A stretch of DNA of 63,724 nt, the filler included, from Candidatus Desantisbacteria bacterium CG1_02_49_89 (GTDB lineage: Bacteria > Desantisbacteria > UBA1551): the NCBI GenBank assembly GCA_001871075.1. It is 6 parts of 6 records of this genome, joined end to end, with 100 filler letters (N's around TTAATTAATTAA, not from the genome) between each part and the next. Parts side by side here need not be neighbours in the genome. Positions count along the whole stretch, not along the records: positions 55,501 to 63,724 come from MNUP01000058.1; 5 more parts are not named here. One strand, 5' to 3'. Both the position numbers and the translations under genes were made by a program. Below the pieces are notes generated by a model. The model saw only the letters and a list, made by a program, of their open reading frames with translations. It was not told the origin of the DNA and ran no database searches. Of this stretch, positions 59,075 through 63,724 are shown piece by piece (position 1 is the stretch's first letter; every line of letters starts with the position of its first letter).

Positions 59075-59779
59075 TTACCATATATAAGGCAAAAGCCGGT
59101 ACTTTATCTTTTTAGCATACTCGGTATAACCGGGCAATCCTTCCTGAAGCGCTTCATCCTCAATAAAAGTGCGTATAATAAGTATGACTATCACGATAAA
59201 GGCAGGAGCAAATCCCCGCATGGACCCGAATACAAGGGGGGTGGCTGTCACGATCATAATACTGCTCAAATATCCCGGGTGCCTTATAAAACGATAAGGG
59301 CCATTCTGCGCTACTTCCTGACCGCTTTCCTTCTGCACGCGGGCGGTGCTTAAGAAAAATCTATTTGTCCACATAGACCACGAAAAAAGGCCCACTGAGG
59401 AAATATAAAGGATATATCCTATCACATATCCGTAAACGGGAAAATCTCTTGTCCATCTATACCGTCCCGTATCCAGACTTGAAACTACGAACACGCTCAA
59501 AAATATCAGCACATAGACCAGAAAAAACAGCCTATCCCGCCATTTTCCGCCAATGCTTGGTCTTTGCCGCCCTTTGTTAAAACCTGCGTTTGCCGAGAAT
59601 ATCACTAACTGGATCACGAAGAGAATTATATTGATCCAGATAAAGAACCACCCCTGCCGGGAACGGACCCTGCCGATCGCCATGATCACCAGCGTAAAGA
59701 TCACTAACACAAGAAAACCCTTCAAAATTGGTTTGACATGGCGGAAATATTCTTTTATAAAGTCTCCGAATTTAAGCAT
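59075..59779 (-). CDS. Isoprenylcysteine carboxyl methyltransferase family membrane protein
   Basis: GPYRFIRHPGY, RTFIEDEAL...GYTEY...YRLLPYIW. Confidence 0.9.
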   Translation of the reverse strand: MLKFGDFIKEYFRHVKPILKGFLVLVIFTLVIMAIGRVRSRQGWFFIWINIILFVIQLVIFSANAGFNKGRQRPSIGGKWRDRLFFLVYVLIFLSVFVVSSLDTGRYRWTRDFPVYGYVIGYILYISSVGLFSWSMWTNRFFLSTARVQKESGQEVAQNGPYRFIRHPGYLSSIMIVTATPLVFGSMRGFAPAFIVIVILIIRTFIEDEALQEGLPGYTEYAKKIKYRLLPYIW

Positions 59780-60125
59780 GCTCCGTTCCCTTCAAATCAA
59801 AAACCCACTCATTTTAATTTTGGATTGAGTGGATTTAGTTTTATGCCCTGAGCAAAAAAACGGGTCAATAACGCAGACTTCTTCGTTATGCTGAAAACCT
59901 GACCTTGCCACAAATCCTCCAAAAGCTGTTATTTTGCCCGGGAAGGAACTATTCTTGTCTTAATGCTGCAAAATCCCCCTTAATCCCCCTTTTATAAAGG
60001 GGGAAACAGGGCGGGCTTGCCCGCCCCTACGCGCACCCCCCTCACCTCATTCCTCTCCCTCAAAGGGCGAGGAAGATTAGGAATAAATATTTTCGAGGGG
60101 GCGAGGAAGATCAAGGAGTAAAATC

Positions 60126-61040
60126 CTATTTAACGGCAAGCATGCGGTCAACTGAGGACTTGGCTTTAAGGCGGATCTCTTCCGGCACCTTTATCTCGTT
60201 CTTCATGTCCTGGAGCGACCAGAGGACCTTTTCAAGGTTTATGCGCTTCATGTTCGGGCAGATCGCGAGTTCGGACGCGGGATAAAATTTCTTATCCGGG
60301 TTTTCCTTGCGCAGGCGGTGAAGCATCCCTATCTCTGTGCCTATTATGAATTCCTTCGCGCTGCTTTCCTTCGCGAACTTACACATCCCGCCCGTTGAAA
60401 CCACCCGGTCTGCGAGCGCTGCCACAGCAGGAGTGCATTCGGGATGGACCATAACCTCTGCCTGGGGGTGGAGCGCCCTTTCGCGCAGGATGTCCTCCGG
60501 GATTATCTTTATGTGAGTGGGGCAGTACCCGTCCCAAATAATGAATTTCTTTTTCACGCACGAAGACGTGTAATGCGCAAGGTATTTGTCAGGCACGAAT
60601 ATAACCTCGGGCGAATCCACTGATTCGGCAACCCTCACCGCGTTGGTGGAAGTGCAGCAGATGAAAGCTTCTGCTTTCACTTCCGCGCTTGTGTTCACGT
60701 AAGCTATAGCCGGGGCGTTGGGATACTCCTTCATAAGGGCGCGCAGGCCTCCGGCGTTGATCATATCAGCCATGGGGCAGCCGGCGTTTATATCCGGCAA
60801 AAGCACTGTTTTGTCCGGGCAGAGGATAGAGGCGGTCTCAGCCATAAAGTGCACACCGCAGAACACTATTACCCTGGAGTCTGTCTGGCTTGCAATACGG
60901 CTGAGCTCAAGCGAATCCCCGGTGTAGTCCGCTATGTCCTGCACCTCGCCCAGCTGGTAGTTGTGCACGAGCAGTATCGCCTTGCGCTTTTCCTTTAAGC
61001 GCATTATTTCTTCTATCAGGCCCGCGTCATCGCTGTACAT
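60126..61040 (-). CDS. nadA: Quinolinate synthase
   Basis: HNYQ, GDSLELS, CGVHFMAE, AGCPMAD, HPEC, CPNMK. Confidence 0.97.
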   Translation of the reverse strand: MYSDDAGLIEEIMRLKEKRKAILLVHNYQLGEVQDIADYTGDSLELSRIASQTDSRVIVFCGVHFMAETASILCPDKTVLLPDINAGCPMADMINAGGLRALMKEYPNAPAIAYVNTSAEVKAEAFICCTSTNAVRVAESVDSPEVIFVPDKYLAHYTSSCVKKKFIIWDGYCPTHIKIIPEDILRERALHPQAEVMVHPECTPAVAALADRVVSTGGMCKFAKESSAKEFIIGTEIGMLHRLRKENPDKKFYPASELAICPNMKRINLEKVLWSLQDMKNEIKVPEEIRLKAKSSVDRMLAVK

Positions 61041-61277
61041 TTTTCCTCCAAAAACAGTCATTTGTCATTAGTCATTTGTCATTTGTTTAAACCTGTTACG
61101 TGTTGCCGTGTTACGTGTTAACAACTGCTAAAAATCGTTAAAATCGCTCAATAGTTCAATAGTCTAATGATCCATTAGTACAAGGAATCAGGGCTGAAGC
61201 CCTGAGTTACATGTGCGATGAATCGCACCGCTACTCTGACACTTTGACACGTTGATACGTTGACACGCTGACACGTT

Positions 61278-61979
61278 TTAAAAGCGGATAAGGCCGGTGA
61301 CAAGCGCGATGCCCATAAAAACGAGCAGAAGACCGGAAACCATAGAGATAATTTTAAAATATTTCTTTATTTTCACGAAGAGGCTGAAAACAAGTCCCAC
61401 GAAAATGCTGGTAAGGATAAACGGTATCGCAAGCCCAAGCGAGTAGAAGCTCAGGAGCTTTATGCCCTCGCTCATGTTTTCCTTGGTTGCCGCGATCGCG
61501 AGAATGCTGCCCAGTATGGGCCCAACACAGGGCGTCCACCCAAGAGCGAAAACAAAACCTATCACAAATGAACCCAGCGCGTGCGCGGGCTTGGTATCAA
61601 AGTGGATCTTTTTTTCGATCTGCAGGAATTTCAGGTTGAAGAACCCGGCAACCTGAAGCCCCAAAACGATCACTATTATCCCGCCGATAAGCCCGATAAG
61701 CCGGCGGTTGGAGAAAAGAAAGTTACTGAGTAAAGTCGCGGACGCGCCAAGCGCTATGAATACAACCGAGAATCCCAGCACGAAAAGAAGCGTCTGTCCA
61801 AGGATCCTGGCAAGGTTTTTACTCACTATGGTCTTGGAGCCGCTCTCCCGCAACTCGTCTGCAGAGAACCCCGTAAGGAATGAGAGGTAAACCGGGATAA
61901 GGGGCAGTATGCAGGGGGAGAAGAAAGAAAGAAGCCCTGCTCCGAACGCCATCATAAGAGAAGGAACGCTGGTTTCCAC
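61278..61979 (-). CDS. ccdA: Cytochrome c biogenesis/DsbD-like membrane protein CcdA
   Basis: GLLSFFSPCILPL, GWTPCVGPILG. Confidence 0.92.
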   Translation of the reverse strand: METSVPSLMMAFGAGLLSFFSPCILPLIPVYLSFLTGFSADELRESGSKTIVSKNLARILGQTLLFVLGFSVVFIALGASATLLSNFLFSNRRLIGLIGGIIVIVLGLQVAGFFNLKFLQIEKKIHFDTKPAHALGSFVIGFVFALGWTPCVGPILGSILAIAATKENMSEGIKLLSFYSLGLAIPFILTSIFVGLVFSLFVKIKKYFKIISMVSGLLLVFMGIALVTGLIRF

Positions 61980-61981
61980 TG

Positions 61982-62509
61982 TTATTTACCTTTTTCAAGC
62001 AGTTCCAGTATTACCTGCTCGAACTCTTTCCTGCCTGTCAGGCCCAGGAAACTTTTCACGCTGTTGCCGTCTTTGTCTATGATGAATGTCGTCGGTATTC
62101 CCCGGCTTATATTGTATTTGTCACCGATCTTGTTATCGCCCATCACAAGGATGTAATTTATACCGTTTTTCTCGGCGAATTTCTTCACGGTTTCCGCTCT
62201 TTTATCAAGCGAAACGCCTACCACTTCAAAGCCCTTGTCCGCAAGATCCTTCCTCATCGCGATCAGGTCGGGTATTTCATCCACGCAGTAACCGCACCAG
62301 GTAGCCCAGAAATCGAGCAGTATTACCTTCCCCTTAAGGGAGGAAAGCGTGAAATTGGTCCCGTCCAGCTGCTTGAGGGTGAAATCAGGGGAGTCACCCC
62401 ATTCCACGGCCTTTTTCGCTTTTTCCGCGCACCCGGCAAGCATGCAAAGCGATAACACGGATACGCACATTATCAGGATAACCGAGAACGTCTTTCCGTT
62501 TTTGGCCAT
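61982..62509 (-). CDS. TlpA/ResA-family thiol-disulfide oxidoreductase lipoprotein
   Basis: LAGC lipobox; DFWATWCGYC; IPTTFIIDKDG. Confidence 0.92.
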   Translation of the reverse strand: MAKNGKTFSVILIMCVSVLSLCMLAGCAEKAKKAVEWGDSPDFTLKQLDGTNFTLSSLKGKVILLDFWATWCGYCVDEIPDLIAMRKDLADKGFEVVGVSLDKRAETVKKFAEKNGINYILVMGDNKIGDKYNISRGIPTTFIIDKDGNSVKSFLGLTGRKEFEQVILELLEKGK

Positions 62510-62611
62510 TGTTCCTCCTGTTTAAATACAGATCGAGATTAAGGTACTGACGAAGCGACCACATATCGAGATTGCTTCGTCATTTCATTCCTCGCAATGA
62601 CATGAAAAGCA

Positions 62612-63520
62612 TTAACCTATGAAGGAAAAGATGTAGCCAAGGACCAGCGAGGAAATTGAAACAAACGTCAGATAGATTATGAGTATCTTCCAGCCGAATT
62701 CCTTTTTTAAAACAAGTATATTGCCGTATGAGGTGATGGGGCCGGCAAGCAGAAGCACGAATCCGGCTCCCCTGCTCAATCCCTGCGCTATGAAAGCGTG
62801 CACGAGCGGAACGCTTGCAGTTGAACAAATGTACATAACCAGACCGAAAACAAGGGCGAAAAGGTAACCGGAAAACCCCAGCAGGTATTTTTCCATAAGT
62901 ATCCTGATGAACGGGACGGAAACAACCGCGGCTGCAAGCAGGATCCCTATAATGAGTTCAACTCCCATTTCTTTGGGTATGTCAATAAATCCGTAGGTCA
63001 GGACGGAAGCGATCCTGTTCCAGAATCCCTTCCGGTGGTGCCGGTGGTTTTCGTGCTCTCCCTCGCAGCACATCGGGCAGCCTTCTTCAACGCTCTCTAC
63101 CTCAGGATATTTCAGGCGGTTGCCGATTATGCCTATCATCAGTCCCATAAGGACAACGCTGAGGCACAGGAAAAGCGTGAAAGCGGGCCCGAGTAGTTTC
63201 CAGGTAACCAGGATCGCGGACACGGACGTGGCAGGAGTCGCGATGAGGAAAGCGAGCACCGGGCCAAGAGGAACGCCCTTTTTCCTGAACGCCATCGCGA
63301 CCGGCAAAGAACCGAAACAGCACAAAGGCAGTATCATACCCAGGATGGTCACGTAGATAATGGGCAGAATGCCCTTTTTCGCAAGGTGTTTTTCGACGAT
63401 GCTCTGCGGCAGGAACTCGTGTATTATGCCGCTGAGCAGGAAACCCAGCGCGATGCTGGGAAGGATGTCCAGAGCGTAATGCCCAAGGTGGCCCAGGAAG
63501 TGTTTGAAAAACATTTCCAT
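62612..63520 (-). CDS. DUF318/ArsP-family permease
   Basis: LPLCCFGSLP, AFLIATP, MYICSTASVP, LLAGP; Cys/His-rich loop. Confidence 0.85.
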   Translation of the reverse strand: MEMFFKHFLGHLGHYALDILPSIALGFLLSGIIHEFLPQSIVEKHLAKKGILPIIYVTILGMILPLCCFGSLPVAMAFRKKGVPLGPVLAFLIATPATSVSAILVTWKLLGPAFTLFLCLSVVLMGLMIGIIGNRLKYPEVESVEEGCPMCCEGEHENHRHHRKGFWNRIASVLTYGFIDIPKEMGVELIIGILLAAAVVSVPFIRILMEKYLLGFSGYLFALVFGLVMYICSTASVPLVHAFIAQGLSRGAGFVLLLAGPITSYGNILVLKKEFGWKILIIYLTFVSISSLVLGYIFSFIG

Positions 63521-63559
63521 GTGAGTTCCGATTGCTTCTTCGATCCTGGATACTAGATA

Positions 63560-63724
63560 CTAGTGTGGTGCGTCTAACAGTTCTTTACATTTGGGCTGTC
63601 ATTGCGAGGAGTGTTAACGACGAAGCAATCTCGACCTAAAAATCGAGATTGCCACGCTCCCTTTGGTCGCTCGCAATGACAACTCAAAGCAGAATCAAAT
63701 GTCAAGGGATTTATGTGACACCAC
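63560..63724 (+). mobile_element. MITE family A, near-complete copy (about 170 bp)
   Basis: Left end CTAGTGTGGTG, right end ...GTGACACCAC at the window edge; internal GTCATTGCGAG...CTCGCAATGAC palindrome. Confidence 0.85.

Noticed and set aside
200-63356. Many antisense or alternative-frame ORFs (e.g. 20807-21775, 23192-23989, 16207-16959)
   Set aside because: Shadows of well-supported genes, without recognisable motifs.

Overview
This window is not one contiguous locus. It is six draft-assembly (MAG-like) contigs joined by artificial 100-bp spacers (N44-TTAATTAATTAA-N44) at 13221-13320, 22816-22915, 32843-32942, 43541-43640 and 55401-55500. The host looks like a sugar-utilising diderm bacterium. 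Contigs 1-2 hold cytoplasmic carbohydrate catabolism genes (gnd, FGGY kinase, Gfo/Idh/MocA, epimerase, beta-helix, GH78, GH2, three UroD/MtaA-family paralogues). Contigs 3 and 5 overlap in exbD and together give ompA-clpC-TPR-beta-barrel-exbB-exbD-tonB-tamB-bamA, followed by a long-leader HEAT/RHS operon. Contig 4 has an ECF sigma/anti-sigma pair, a 1.9-kaa SBBP-repeat protein with a T9SS-like CTD, and a PorV-family gene. Contig 6 has AT-rich single-gene cassettes, nadA, ccdA/tlpA and a permease. Four signals stand out. (i) Bases 1-195 encode the C-terminus of a DGR-type reverse transcriptase, and a truncated CsgG+FGE-domain gene, a typical DGR target class, sits at another contig end. (ii) Intergenic DNA is built from many 6-9-nt tandem-repeat families that abut or supply stop codons, and in one case flank a four-helix-bundle pseudogene as inverted arrays. 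(iii) There are CTAG-targeting MITEs and self-nesting 22-bp palindromes. (iv) A repeated linker precedes each of three AT-rich genes. All product calls come from motif recognition by eye; no database searches were run.
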